This document shows, piece after piece, positions 27,501-36,767 of a stretch of 64,000 nt of DNA. How positions within the stretch are numbered: the first letter of the stretch is position 1; the number at the start of each line of letters is the position of its first letter. The translations under genes were made by a program, and so were the position numbers. Under the pieces are notes generated by a model, which worked only from the letters and a program-made list of their open reading frames with translations, was not told the origin of the DNA and did no database searches. Source of the stretch: Schlesneria paludicola DSM 18645 (lineage in GTDB: Bacteria; Planctomycetota; Planctomycetia; Planctomycetales; Planctomycetaceae); NCBI GenBank assembly GCA_945876035.1, contig CAMCMU010000022.1:7176-71175 (forward strand), read 5' to 3'.

Positions 27501-28954
27501 TGGCCTTATGGGCGATCACTCTCGAAAATTGCGGCTATTGGAACACGTCTCAACAAGTCTGGAAACGCCTCGTGGATGAAGTGAGTTTGGATGGTCCGGT
27601 ACGTCGCGGCGACGTGATTCGTCAAGCCTCCGAGCTCGCTCGGGAGCAATTGTCGCGTGCGGAGTATCGCTCTTTTTTAAGCGAGGACGAATCACCGCCT
27701 TCGTTTCTGAATCGATCTTGGAGTGTGAACTGGGGTGGCAACCACATCTCTCGACAGGATGTTCCGGATTCCTCCTCGGTGCAAGCATTCGTTCCCGAGG
27801 GGAGTCCTCCGTCAACATCCCATGCCTGTGTGTTGCTCTGTCAAACATTCGGGGCGGAGTCTCTTTTGGAGTGTCGTGATCGCCTGTCGGGGACGCTGCG
27901 ATGGGATCAAAAAATTTCGGCGAGGCCTCACTGGTTTGCCTATGCGGAGACGTGCCTGCTGGTCGCCAGCGGCCACGAACTCTCCGGACTGACATTAGAG
28001 GAGGGTACTCCCCTGTGGCACGTCGTCTTCAGCAGTGAGATGCCGGATACGAAATCGCCCGCGGAAGTTCAGTGCTATTATCATGCCCCGTGGATCCTCA
28101 GTTACAGTCGGCATGCGGGCGTCCAACGCATCAATTCACGAACCGGTGAAATCGTCTGGAAATATGCCTGGCCAGGGCGATTGCAAGGCGAATGGCCCTG
28201 CGGTCCGCATCGGCTGGGACTGCAAACACTGCATCCCGACAGAACCCTCATGCTGGACATTGCCGCAGGGTCACCGGTGATTGAATTGCCCGGTGTTTCG
28301 GAAGCGTGGCGTTCGCCTCCGGTGATGGATCGACTCGGTCGTGTCGTTCTTGTGGCGAATACGCGTCGCGTGGAATGTTATCAAGGAACCAATTCAAAGC
28401 CGCGGTGGATCTTTTCTGGGGGGATGTCATTCGCGCATCTCGATCCGGTCATTGGGTTGCAAGGCGACCGGCTATTGCTCACCGTTGATGGAACCACGTT
28501 GATCGAGATTGATGCTGAAAACGGCACTCCCAAATGGTCATCAGGCTTAGTTGACCTGCCGTTGGTCGATCCGCCAAGGCAGTTCAGCGTTAGAGAAAAT
28601 TCCCTGTTTGTTGCCGGGCGTGGCATGCTGAGATGCGTCTCACTGTCGGATGGTCAACGTCTGTGGGAAACTTTTCTGGGCCGTACGGAAGAGCAGTGGC
28701 GTACGGTAGCCTGTGGTCCGTTAATTGCCGCATGGCCCCTCTCACCACGAAAGTCACAACCGGTGTCGATCGTCTGGTGCGATGCCCGAACCGGCCAAAT
28801 CGTGCAACGCACAGCGCTGCCGCTCGAAGCGGATTTTGTGGACGTCATCCGTGACGAACACGGAGTGATTGTCTGCACCGATCGAAGTGTTGCCGCGTTG
28901 ATTTCATCCCCCCGTAAGGCCATGGCCGCGAGTCACTCCCATGGACAGCCGTAA
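24551..28954 (+). CDS. Giant PQQ-like beta-propeller / TPR envelope protein
   Basis: Many PQQ-type repeats (LDLATGKRLW, LNARDGEIEW, DRLSGTLRW, INSRTGEIVW, IDAENGTPKW, VSLSDGQRLW) and TPR-like helical blocks; signal peptide if the start is ATG 24659. Confidence 0.88.
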   Translation: MSQHDSSKCRISRRDRGLFFVLGTRLSRSFSTLALLMIRLRYVLILASTLVALADEPTAKPMREHAAIESDSSMLKIFGAIEELLDDKQWTAAVDRLQDISQTHGRSLVLAHPGQAGGVAVYLSVGVRSQMILSRLPPEGLATYRSKVDPQAKRWFENWQRTRDTSELARIVRETYVSGYGDNALWALAEDRWDHGDFASARHYWSQILPLPENIPATDVLTELRYPDSELDPAAVSSRIILCSWMQGQQTFAEDQLRRFEERFPVAQGRLASRQGRFVDLLRQIFDESLKEERRDVASEVATFALTSERTQILPSPVDLGAARWDRPLIPYQLPGLESPESHPNRQSLSTHPVVYRDIVLVNDADSISAFNLWTGEAAWPNEQGLAQIYPPLPDQPSVAPSLACVGVPWFTMTLADGKLLARMGSPVTRQASQELRELSCDLVCLDLEQGQGNLVWKISADEWQADEREPWRFEGSPVVQDGRAFVIHTRTRPQQEFAVTSLDLATGKRLWTRSICTSRSTISAHLNRVSHLLPTLGAGKIFVSTDAGAIVALNARDGEIEWAVTYESRIPADSVDQSDDSKHALVPAMFHNGLVFVAPNDCDRLFCIEADFGQVRWQNRHPHGERWRHLLGVIQDGSVSRLIVSGDSLWSINGDTGKVLNRHLATEAVDQGYGRGVLTQDAIFWPTREALQIIDTKTFQPRRNVLLHTPDSTKTGGNLTIAAGTMLVSQADQLVAYGEYALLKERLNRGLSVHPESDDFRLRLAEIEVAEGNCQAAVTIVRERAPVKHPDLSFRGGPDPRQRARLRDIFRKSASRERTAGHLAAAIPLLTEQLDLTIEPRDRVKLLFELAGTERAGQRIAEAVADCQRILDDATLSSLMNSESTAGARASAEIRNLIHEHGRIVYEAIERRAENDLSASIAAGDTGRLRQTLQQFPNAESTERGWLELAQLEQQAGHLSAACSIRALLTEWEPIAFNRSSAMALWAITLENCGYWNTSQQVWKRLVDEVSLDGPVRRGDVIRQASELAREQLSRAEYRSFLSEDESPPSFLNRSWSVNWGGNHISRQDVPDSSSVQAFVPEGSPPSTSHACVLLCQTFGAESLLECRDRLSGTLRWDQKISARPHWFAYAETCLLVASGHELSGLTLEEGTPLWHVVFSSEMPDTKSPAEVQCYYHAPWILSYSRHAGVQRINSRTGEIVWKYAWPGRLQGEWPCGPHRLGLQTLHPDRTLMLDIAAGSPVIELPGVSEAWRSPPVMDRLGRVVLVANTRRVECYQGTNSKPRWIFSGGMSFAHLDPVIGLQGDRLLLTVDGTTLIEIDAENGTPKWSSGLVDLPLVDPPRQFSVRENSLFVAGRGMLRCVSLSDGQRLWETFLGRTEEQWRTVACGPLIAAWPLSPRKSQPVSIVWCDARTGQIVQRTALPLEADFVDVIRDEHGVIVCTDRSVAALISSPRKAMAASHSHGQP

Positions 28955-29010
28955 AGTCATCGAGACTTGCTGTCACGGAGATTAATGCCTTGGCGTGGAA
29001 GGTCGATTGC

Positions 29011-31233
29011 ATGCACAACAGACGCGAGAACGATGACCAGACGGACCAACGGACTCTTGAAGGCACGCTGTGTCAAGATCTCGATTCCGTGGATCGCTCG
29101 CGTGAAAGCAGCATGCTGATGGGGAAGGCGCCCGCTGCCGTGCCTGGTTTCCGAATTCTCCAGTCTCTCGGAGAGGGAAAATATGGCTCGGTTTGGCTGG
29201 CTCGGGAACAAAATACGGGGAAACACGTCGCCATCAAGTTCTATACCCATCGTCGCGGAATCGATTGGTCACTTCTGGGCCGCGAGGTGGAAAAACTCGC
29301 CGTTCTTTACACCTCACGTAACATCGTCGGGCTGCTCGCCGTCGGTTGGGATCACGATCCCCCGTACTACGTCATGGAGTATCTGGAAAACGGATCGCTT
29401 GCGCCGCGACTGGCGGCCGGCCCACTTTCCTCGCTCGATACGATTCGGATTGCAACGCGAGTCTGCCAAGCTCTGGTTCATGCACACGGCAGTGGAATTT
29501 TGCACTGTGACTTAAAACCCGCCAATATTCTTCTCGATCAAGATTTCGAGCCGCGGTTGTGCGACTTTGGACAATCCCGCATGGCGGATGAAAACCGCCA
29601 TGCCTTGGGCACATTGTATTACATGGCGCCAGAACAAGCGGACCTCAAGGCGGTTCCGGATGCGAGATGGGATGTGTATGCGCTCGGGGCTCTGGTTTAT
29701 CAGATGTTGACCGGATCGATTCCGTTTCGTACGACGGATACGGATCTACGATTGAGTGCGGCCACGTCTTTGGAACAGAGACTTGGTATTTATCGGCACA
29801 TCGTCGAACAAGGGCCGAAACCGTGCGAACATCGGCGCGTGGCTGGCGTCGATCAACAGTTGGCAGAAATTGTTGACAGATGCTTGGCATCCGATCCGGC
29901 GAAGAGGTTCCCCAATGCCCAAGCGGTGCTCGATCGGCTGATGACACGCGAGCGATCGAGGTCCCGGCGTCCTCTTGTTCTTCTCGGACTGGTCCTCCCT
30001 TTATTGTTGATCTTCGCCATCGCTCCGCTGGCGGATCAAGCCATGCGTGATGCCATCAACACGACACAACGCAGTTTGAGCAAGCGGGCGTTGGAGAGTG
30101 ATGTGCTGACCGTCAACCTCTTGTCTGAGAGCATCAAACGCGACATCGACGATCGTTTGGCAGAATTGGATTCGATCGCCTCCGCGCAGGACCTGCGCAC
30201 GTCTGTCATCGAATTCGCCTCAAAGCCGATGGATGCGCGAGGTCCCTTGTGGGATCTCCTTGACGGCATCAAGAAAGAAAATGATAAACGGTGGACCCGA
30301 CTGGAGAGACCGGCGGATGATAGTTGGTTTCTGTTAGACGCCAATGGCTTCCAGCGTTGGCGAGACGTACGCAGCCTGTCTCTGGATCGCTCGTTTGCGT
30401 ATCGCGATTATTTTCACGGAGGCGGATTTCATTATTCTGAAGGGAACGTGCCGTTGGGTTTGTCGCCGATCACGTCGGCTTACGTCTGCGTTCCCTATCG
30501 CGGAACCACCCAGCAACACGACTTGATTGCGCTTGCGGTCCCGGTGTTTTCGCTGGATGACGACGCACAGGTGATTGGAGTTTTGGCGAGATCACTCTCG
30601 CTCAGTAGCTTGCTTCTCGATTACGAAAAGAGCCTACGGTCACAGCGTGTCGATGAGGTGGAACGCAAATTTGCGATCGTTGATAGCCGGCTGATTGGGG
30701 GTACGAGGCAGTGGAAACTATTGGCTCATGGCTGGATGACGAAGGACAATCTGGACCGACTCCACAAGCAAGATCCAAACGGCATCGAGAAGCTGAGTCT
30801 GTCCGACGTTGCCGATCAGGAAGTCCTGTCCGATCTTGAGTTGCTGGTGCAGTCGACGGAATCCGGTGAAGATCGACACGATTTTGATCGTACCGAGAGC
30901 TACATCGATCCTGTCGGACAACTGGATTCCAACACCTATGGCGGCGAATGGTTGGCGGCCTTCAGTCCGATTGGCAAACGCGGCTGGGTGGCCATCGTTC
31001 AAGAACGGAAGGAACCTGTTCTGCGGCCTGTCGAGCAACTGGAATCCCGCCTGATGGCGTGGGCGCTGGGAGCCGTTTTTGTTGTGGTCGCCCTTGTTGG
31101 TGGATCCTGGTGGTTGATCGTGATGCTGATTAACGACTGGGGTCTACGTTGGATCTGTTTTTGGCGTCGTCCAGTACACAGCGCGAGGGGGAATACGTTG
31201 TCCATGACAAGCAAGGGGGCCGATAGTGCTTGA
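29011..31233 (+). CDS. Membrane receptor Ser/Thr kinase with extracytoplasmic dCache-like sensor
   Basis: GEGKYGSV, VAIK, HCDLKPAN, DFG, GTLYYMAPEQ; TM1 PLVLLGLVLPLLLIFAIAPLA; Cache-like segment (LLDANG, FAYRDYF, LIALAVPVF..VIGVL, GWVAIVQE); TM2; short tail. Confidence 0.9.
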   Translation: MHNRRENDDQTDQRTLEGTLCQDLDSVDRSRESSMLMGKAPAAVPGFRILQSLGEGKYGSVWLAREQNTGKHVAIKFYTHRRGIDWSLLGREVEKLAVLYTSRNIVGLLAVGWDHDPPYYVMEYLENGSLAPRLAAGPLSSLDTIRIATRVCQALVHAHGSGILHCDLKPANILLDQDFEPRLCDFGQSRMADENRHALGTLYYMAPEQADLKAVPDARWDVYALGALVYQMLTGSIPFRTTDTDLRLSAATSLEQRLGIYRHIVEQGPKPCEHRRVAGVDQQLAEIVDRCLASDPAKRFPNAQAVLDRLMTRERSRSRRPLVLLGLVLPLLLIFAIAPLADQAMRDAINTTQRSLSKRALESDVLTVNLLSESIKRDIDDRLAELDSIASAQDLRTSVIEFASKPMDARGPLWDLLDGIKKENDKRWTRLERPADDSWFLLDANGFQRWRDVRSLSLDRSFAYRDYFHGGGFHYSEGNVPLGLSPITSAYVCVPYRGTTQQHDLIALAVPVFSLDDDAQVIGVLARSLSLSSLLLDYEKSLRSQRVDEVERKFAIVDSRLIGGTRQWKLLAHGWMTKDNLDRLHKQDPNGIEKLSLSDVADQEVLSDLELLVQSTESGEDRHDFDRTESYIDPVGQLDSNTYGGEWLAAFSPIGKRGWVAIVQERKEPVLRPVEQLESRLMAWALGAVFVVVALVGGSWWLIVMLINDWGLRWICFWRRPVHSARGNTLSMTSKGADSA

Positions 31234-32998
31234 ACTCCTGATGCAAGGTGTGCCGACCTCCGATGTACAGCGGATGCTGCTGCTGCCAGGAAAAACATAT
31301 GCCATCGGCCGCGATGCCACGTCCAACATTTCGGTACCGTGGGAACGACTTCTTTCGCGGCGGCATGCGCATCTCAACGTTTATCCTGACCACGTGCAGA
31401 TCCATCGGCTTTCCTCCGCACGCAATCCGCTGTTCTTTTCCGGAGAGTCCGTCGAGTCGTGTCGTGTCGAAATCGGGCAACACTTTGTCATCGGTACAAC
31501 TTCATTCTCTCTTCTCGAGATTGAGTCCGCCGATTCGGCTGTTGTCCCGCCGGTCGAAGAGATTGCCTTCAAGCCCCAAGAGTTACGAAAAACACGGTAT
31601 CAGGATCCGGAAAACAGGCTTGAAGTTCTGACGCATCTTCCCGAAGTGATTTCCGGCGCCGCGACGGATGGCGAGCTGTTCCATCGATTGGTCAATTTGG
31701 TTCTCAAGGGTGTGGTTCATGCGGAGGCGGTGGCGATTGTCGCCGCCGACGGTGCCGCGATTGTCAACATGCTTCATTGGGACCGTCGCCGTGAAACCGC
31801 CGGCGCGTTTCATCCGTCGCATCGATTGGTTGTCGAAGCCTTGGAACGTCGGCATGCAAGTGTCCTCCACATTTGGGAAAAAAATGCACCTCAGCAGCAC
31901 GATCAAACACTGATTCAAGAATTCGACTGGGCCTTTTGCACACCTGTGCCAGGCCTCACCACCTCACCTACGGGGATTTATATTGCCGGTCGGATGGGAA
32001 AGACATGTGTTCCGGGAACCACTCTGTCTGATGCGTTGCTGCTGGAGGCGGATGTGAAATTCGTGGAGTTGATCGCCGAGATCATAAGTGCGGTGGTTCG
32101 TGCGCGGCGATTCGAGCGACAAAAAGCAGGGCTGCGGCAATTTTTCGCGGCTCCCGTATTGGCCGCCCTCGGCGATGAACTCGACACCACCTTGCTCGAG
32201 CCGAGTGAATGTGATGTCACAGTCATGTTTTGCGATCTCCGAGGATTTAGTCAACGTGCGGAACATGAGTCTGAAGATTTGATTGGCCTGTTGGAAAGAG
32301 TCAGTCGGGCATTAGGCGTGATGACGCACAACATTCTTGCTCACGGCGGCGTGACCGGCGACTTTCAAGGAGATGCCGCACTCGGCTTTTGGGGCTGGCC
32401 GTTTCCTTCGCCCGATGCCGCCGTGCATGCCTGCCGGGCCGCTCTGGCTATTCGCGCGGCATTTTCCAAGGCTGCGGCAGCGAAAAACCATCCTCTGGCT
32501 GACTTTGCGATGGGAATCGGAATCGCGCACGGTCGCGCTGTTGCCGGAAAAATTGGAACGGCAGAACAAGTCAAAGTCACCGTATTTGGTCCGGTCGTCA
32601 ATCTGGCAAGCCGATTGGAGAGTATGTCCAAACAGCTTCGCGTTCCGATCGTTCTTGATGAAGCCACAGCAAACATTATTCGATTGCGTTTGCCCCATTC
32701 GGAAGGTCGTCTGCGTCGGCTCGCTCGAGTACTCCCCTACGGAATGAAAACGCCCCTCGTTGTCAGCGAACTGCTCCCTTCGGAATCGGAGTTTCCGGAG
32801 TTGACCAATGCGCATGTCGCCGAATACGAACGTGGTGTCGAGTGCTTCATTGAGGGGCGATGGGACCTCGCCTATCGACTTCTTCACGGTATGCCTGCGA
32901 GTGACCGAGCGCAAGACTTTTTGATGCAACACATCGTGCAGCACAATCGCAGTTGCCCCAAGGATTGGACTGGAACGATCTGCTTGCCCGTCAAGTAA
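31226..32998 (+). CDS. FHA + GAF + class III nucleotide (adenylate/guanylate-type) cyclase
   Basis: FHA (IGR...LSRRHA...ARNP); GAF-like middle; cyclase core VMFCDLRGFS, FQGDA, IGIAHG, FGPVVNLASRLE. GTG start overlaps the kinase stop by 8 nt. Confidence 0.92.
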   Translation: MLELLMQGVPTSDVQRMLLLPGKTYAIGRDATSNISVPWERLLSRRHAHLNVYPDHVQIHRLSSARNPLFFSGESVESCRVEIGQHFVIGTTSFSLLEIESADSAVVPPVEEIAFKPQELRKTRYQDPENRLEVLTHLPEVISGAATDGELFHRLVNLVLKGVVHAEAVAIVAADGAAIVNMLHWDRRRETAGAFHPSHRLVVEALERRHASVLHIWEKNAPQQHDQTLIQEFDWAFCTPVPGLTTSPTGIYIAGRMGKTCVPGTTLSDALLLEADVKFVELIAEIISAVVRARRFERQKAGLRQFFAAPVLAALGDELDTTLLEPSECDVTVMFCDLRGFSQRAEHESEDLIGLLERVSRALGVMTHNILAHGGVTGDFQGDAALGFWGWPFPSPDAAVHACRAALAIRAAFSKAAAAKNHPLADFAMGIGIAHGRAVAGKIGTAEQVKVTVFGPVVNLASRLESMSKQLRVPIVLDEATANIIRLRLPHSEGRLRRLARVLPYGMKTPLVVSELLPSESEFPELTNAHVAEYERGVECFIEGRWDLAYRLLHGMPASDRAQDFLMQHIVQHNRSCPKDWTGTICLPVK

Positions 32999-33236
32999 GG
33001 AACCCCGTCACGTCAGGAAAGGGTACGGCGGCGACGACGCGTGTGTTGATTTCTACGAACAAACAAGCGAGAAATATGTCCACACGCAAGAGATCCGCGG
33101 TCGTTTGAGATTTTTAGTGTTAGACATCGGCCAATACGGAACCGCGGAAGGCTTCTAAAATCGTCCCGTCCGGATTCATTTGAGTGGGTGAAGGCACGAC
33201 AACGGGACTCTGCATTCTCTCTGATTTCTGTGGAAG

Positions 33237-34433
33237 ATGAGCATGGTTGTCGACTTTCAATCGCATTTGGCGGCGAGTCTCGAAGAGATTAAACGACAAG
33301 GTCTGTATAAGGCGGAACGCGTGATCTCGACGCCGCAGGGGACATTTATTCAGGTCGCTGGCGGCCGAAAAGTACTCAACCTTTGCGCCAACAATTATTT
33401 GGGATTGGCGCAACATTCAACGGTTCGCGACGCCGCTCGGCAAGCCCTCGACGAGTGGGGATATGGCTGCGCCTCTGTCCGATTTATCTGCGGCACGCTG
33501 GGGATTCACAAAGCTCTCGAATCCAAGTTGTCGACGTTTTTACAAACGGACGACACGATACTGTATTCGAGCTGTTTCGATGCCAATGGCGGACTGTTTG
33601 AAACGCTGCTGGGGCCCGACGATGCCGTCATTTCCGATGAACTCAATCATGCAAGCATCATTGACGGAATTCGACTCTGTAAGGCGCACAGATTTCGCTA
33701 CAAGAACAACGACATGGGAGACCTCGAAACACAATTGAAAGAAGCGGATAAATCAAAGGCTCGATTCAAGCTAATCGCCACGGATGGGGTCTTCTCGATG
33801 GATGGCACAATCGCCAATCTGAGCGCCATTTGTGAGTTAGCCGACTCCTACAAGGCACTGGTGATGGTCGATGACTCGCATGCCGTCGGCTTTACGGGCT
33901 CCAGCGGTCGAGGAACACACGAACTGCATGGCGTGGTGGACCGGATTGATCTCCTGACGGGAACCCTCGGCAAGGCGTTGGGAGGAGGCAGTGGGGGCTA
34001 CACGAGTGGTCGCCGAGAGATTGTGGAATACTTGCGTCAGCGTTCTCGCCCCTATTTGTTTTCGAACACTCTCGCTCCAGCGATTGCGGCAGGATCCATC
34101 GCGGCGATCGATCTGCTAACTCAATCGACCGACCTTCGCGACAAACTCGCAGAGAATACCACGTTCTTCCGCAGCGCCATCTCCGCCCTCGGATACTCCA
34201 TCGTTCAAGGAACTCATCCGATCATTCCGATCATGCTTGGTGAAGCATCCCTTGCGACAACGGTTTCCCAAGCCATGCTGGAAAAAGGAGTGTACGTTGT
34301 GGCCTTTAGTTATCCTGTCGTACCACACGGCAAAGCCCGCATCAGGACCCAGATCTCGGCAAGTCATTCCAGGTCCGATTTGGAATTTGCCATCGATTGC
34401 TTCCGTGAAGTCCGTCGTGAGCTCGGCATGTAA
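33237..34433 (+). CDS. kbl: Glycine C-acetyltransferase (2-amino-3-ketobutyrate CoA ligase)
   Basis: GLYKAER; [11 protein letters not shown]; SVRFICGT; [11 protein letters not shown]; DDSHAVG; GTLGKALGG; [10 protein letters not shown]; ARIRTQISA. Confidence 0.95.
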   Translation: MSMVVDFQSHLAASLEEIKRQGLYKAERVISTPQGTFIQVAGGRKVLNLCANNYLGLAQHSTVRDAARQALDEWGYGCASVRFICGTLGIHKALESKLSTFLQTDDTILYSSCFDANGGLFETLLGPDDAVISDELNHASIIDGIRLCKAHRFRYKNNDMGDLETQLKEADKSKARFKLIATDGVFSMDGTIANLSAICELADSYKALVMVDDSHAVGFTGSSGRGTHELHGVVDRIDLLTGTLGKALGGGSGGYTSGRREIVEYLRQRSRPYLFSNTLAPAIAAGSIAAIDLLTQSTDLRDKLAENTTFFRSAISALGYSIVQGTHPIIPIMLGEASLATTVSQAMLEKGVYVVAFSYPVVPHGKARIRTQISASHSRSDLEFAIDCFREVRRELGM

Positions 34434-34605
34434 TTGGTCTCGACCCGAAACAGTCCTCACAGACAGGCACCTGATCGAGCTACCGGCGGTGACTCACTTT
34501 TGTATTTTTTGAAAGTCCGGCGGAACGGTTACGACACTTTGCGGTAGACTCGATTGGCTCTAAGATCTGTTGTCATTGTAATCTCCTCGATGATCGAAAC
34601 CCGCG

Positions 34606-35418
34606 ATGCCCTCATTCCTGTATTGCTTGAACACCAGCACCATTCGTCCGACACCAATCTTGGACAAGATTCGCATCGCCAGCGAGGTCGGCTATTCGGC
34701 GATCGAGCTCTGGCACGATGACATTGAGGCTTTTATTGCGGCTGGGGGAAAGCTTTCGGACATTAAACGGGCTTTGGACGATGCGGGCCTCGCTCTTCCG
34801 ACGACAATTTATTTACGAGGCTGGTGCGATACAACGGGCGACGAGCACGCCTCGAATCTCGACGAATGCAAGCGCCGGCTTGAGCAGGCGGCCACGCTGG
34901 GCGCGATTCATGCCATTGCCAGCCCACCGAGCGGCAAAGTCGATCTCGAACTAGCCGCACGAAATTATCGCGAATTGATCGCAGTCGGCCTCTCCTTTGG
35001 AGTCAAGCCGGCGATGGAGTATCTCGGTTTTGTCGAGCAATTGAATTCGATTCCGTCTGCCGTGGAAGTGATGGACCTTGCCGCTCATCCTCAAGCCACG
35101 ATCATCGTCGATCCGTTCCACAACTTTCGAGGTGGCGGCGACTTTATGGCTTTGGCAAACCTGCGACACGAACAAATCGCCATTAGCCACTTTAACGATA
35201 CTCCCGCCTCGCCTTCTCGCTTCGAGCAACATGACCATAGTCGGGTCTATCCGGGCGAAGGTCATTTGAATCTGAGGCAATGGTGTGCCCTCCTGAAGCA
35301 AATTGGCTATGACCGCTGGTTGTCACTCGAACTGTTTCGTGAAGATCTTTGGGCGCGAGATCCACGTGACGTTGCCCAACGGGGACTTGATGCGATGCGT
35401 TTGATTGCGGAAACGTGA
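34606..35418 (+). CDS. Sugar phosphate isomerase/epimerase (xylose isomerase-like TIM barrel)
   Basis: CLNTSTI; GYSAIELW; PAMEYLGF; DPFH; HFND; PGEG; WLSLELF. Confidence 0.9.
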   Translation: MPSFLYCLNTSTIRPTPILDKIRIASEVGYSAIELWHDDIEAFIAAGGKLSDIKRALDDAGLALPTTIYLRGWCDTTGDEHASNLDECKRRLEQAATLGAIHAIASPPSGKVDLELAARNYRELIAVGLSFGVKPAMEYLGFVEQLNSIPSAVEVMDLAAHPQATIIVDPFHNFRGGGDFMALANLRHEQIAISHFNDTPASPSRFEQHDHSRVYPGEGHLNLRQWCALLKQIGYDRWLSLELFREDLWARDPRDVAQRGLDAMRLIAET

Positions 35419-35563
35419 TGGGTCAATCTGCGGTTCCCAGAGCCAACCCAACTCTAGACTGCGTTCCTCGTTGCGAGGTTTAAACGTCAGGATCACGACA
35501 GACGCTGACGTTCCCCAAGGGGGTTCAGGGGACGACTTGAAAACAGAAATTGCGTCTGCGTGT

Positions 35564-36643
35564 TTAGAGATATTCCTGCAGTCCCTTTTTTTCGAGCTCG
35601 CTGATCAAGAGCCGCAACGATCCTTCGTCGCGTTTGTCGGCCACGAGCGTCGCTGTCGGAGTATGCACGATGATCAAATCCTGAATACCGACGGTAGCCA
35701 CCAAATGATCGCCCGTGGTTTTGACAATGCATCCCGACGTACTCACGGTACAAACCAGTCCGTCGAGAGTATTCGCCGTCTCATCGGACGCGATCAGCCG
35801 ACTGAGGGCGTGCCAGCTTCCCACATCGTCCCAAAGGAACGGAGCCTTGAGCACACACACAGGAGACGCTTTTTCAAGAACGGCATAGTCAATGGAGATC
35901 GAAGGCATCGATGGAAATTCGGCCTCCAGACGTTCACACCATAATGGTTTATGGAGGCTCACTCGAAGACTCTCCAAAATGGCATGTACTTCGGGAGCCC
36001 ATTTTTTGATCGCGTCCAGAATGGCTTGGGCTCGCCAAACAAAAATACCAGAATTCCAGTAATATTCTCCGGATTCCAAGTAGTGTAATGCGGTCCCTCG
36101 GTCCGGCTTTTCTTGAAAGCTGATGACCTGACAAACATCCGTGGCTTCGACGCTTGCAACAGGGACTCCCCGACGAATGTAACCAAATCCAGTCGCGGGT
36201 GTTGTGGGTTGCACACCCAACAGCATCAACGTTTCCGGAAATTGAATGACCGTCTCGACCGCCTGTTTTACCGCACCCTGAAACAAGAGGGCCGTTTCGA
36301 TCACATGATCGGCCGGCATCACCAGCATCGTTGCCTCGGGATCAACGGCCAAAAGTTGAATGGCCGCCAAGCCGATACACGGTGCCGTGTTTCTCGCGCA
36401 GGGTTCCACCAAAATATGAGTCGACGGAATGTTGGGAAGTTGTCGTGCTGTTTCAGAAGCCAGCGCCGCGTTGGTGATTACCCAAATTCGTTCGGGCGGT
36501 ATCAGCGGAGAGCATCGCCCGGCCGTCTCCTGAATTAACGTCTTTTCACCGGTCAACTTCAGAAACTGTTTAGGAAGTTCCCGGCGACTTTGCGGCCAGA
36601 ACCGCGTACCACTTCCTCCGGCGAGGATGATTGCATGTAACAT
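35564..36643 (-). CDS. manC: Mannose-1-phosphate guanylyltransferase
   Basis: AIILAGGSGTRFWPQSR..PKQFL; EPCARNTAP; PADH; TGFGYI; FQEKPD; WNSGIF; ISIDYAVLEK; WDDVGSW. Confidence 0.93.
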   Translation of the reverse strand: MLHAIILAGGSGTRFWPQSRRELPKQFLKLTGEKTLIQETAGRCSPLIPPERIWVITNAALASETARQLPNIPSTHILVEPCARNTAPCIGLAAIQLLAVDPEATMLVMPADHVIETALLFQGAVKQAVETVIQFPETLMLLGVQPTTPATGFGYIRRGVPVASVEATDVCQVISFQEKPDRGTALHYLESGEYYWNSGIFVWRAQAILDAIKKWAPEVHAILESLRVSLHKPLWCERLEAEFPSMPSISIDYAVLEKASPVCVLKAPFLWDDVGSWHALSRLIASDETANTLDGLVCTVSTSGCIVKTTGDHLVATVGIQDLIIVHTPTATLVADKRDEGSLRLLISELEKKGLQEYL

Positions 36644-36767
36644 CAACGGTCTCTTCAATTCAGGTCCGGCGGAATTACCAGCGAAGTCAAATGCCTCGCG
36701 ATCAGTGTTTCGCACGAGTGCTTGATTTTTTACGAACTTTCCCCATCATGCGGGGGGTGAGGTAATC

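Noticed and set aside
31226-32998. Cyclase as a Pycsar anti-phage system
   Set aside because: No adjacent cyclic-nucleotide-binding TM or TIR effector; the FHA-GAF architecture and kinase coupling point to signalling rather than defence.
35405-35944. 179-aa plus-strand ORF
   Set aside because: Overlaps manC on the opposite strand; no recognisable domain.
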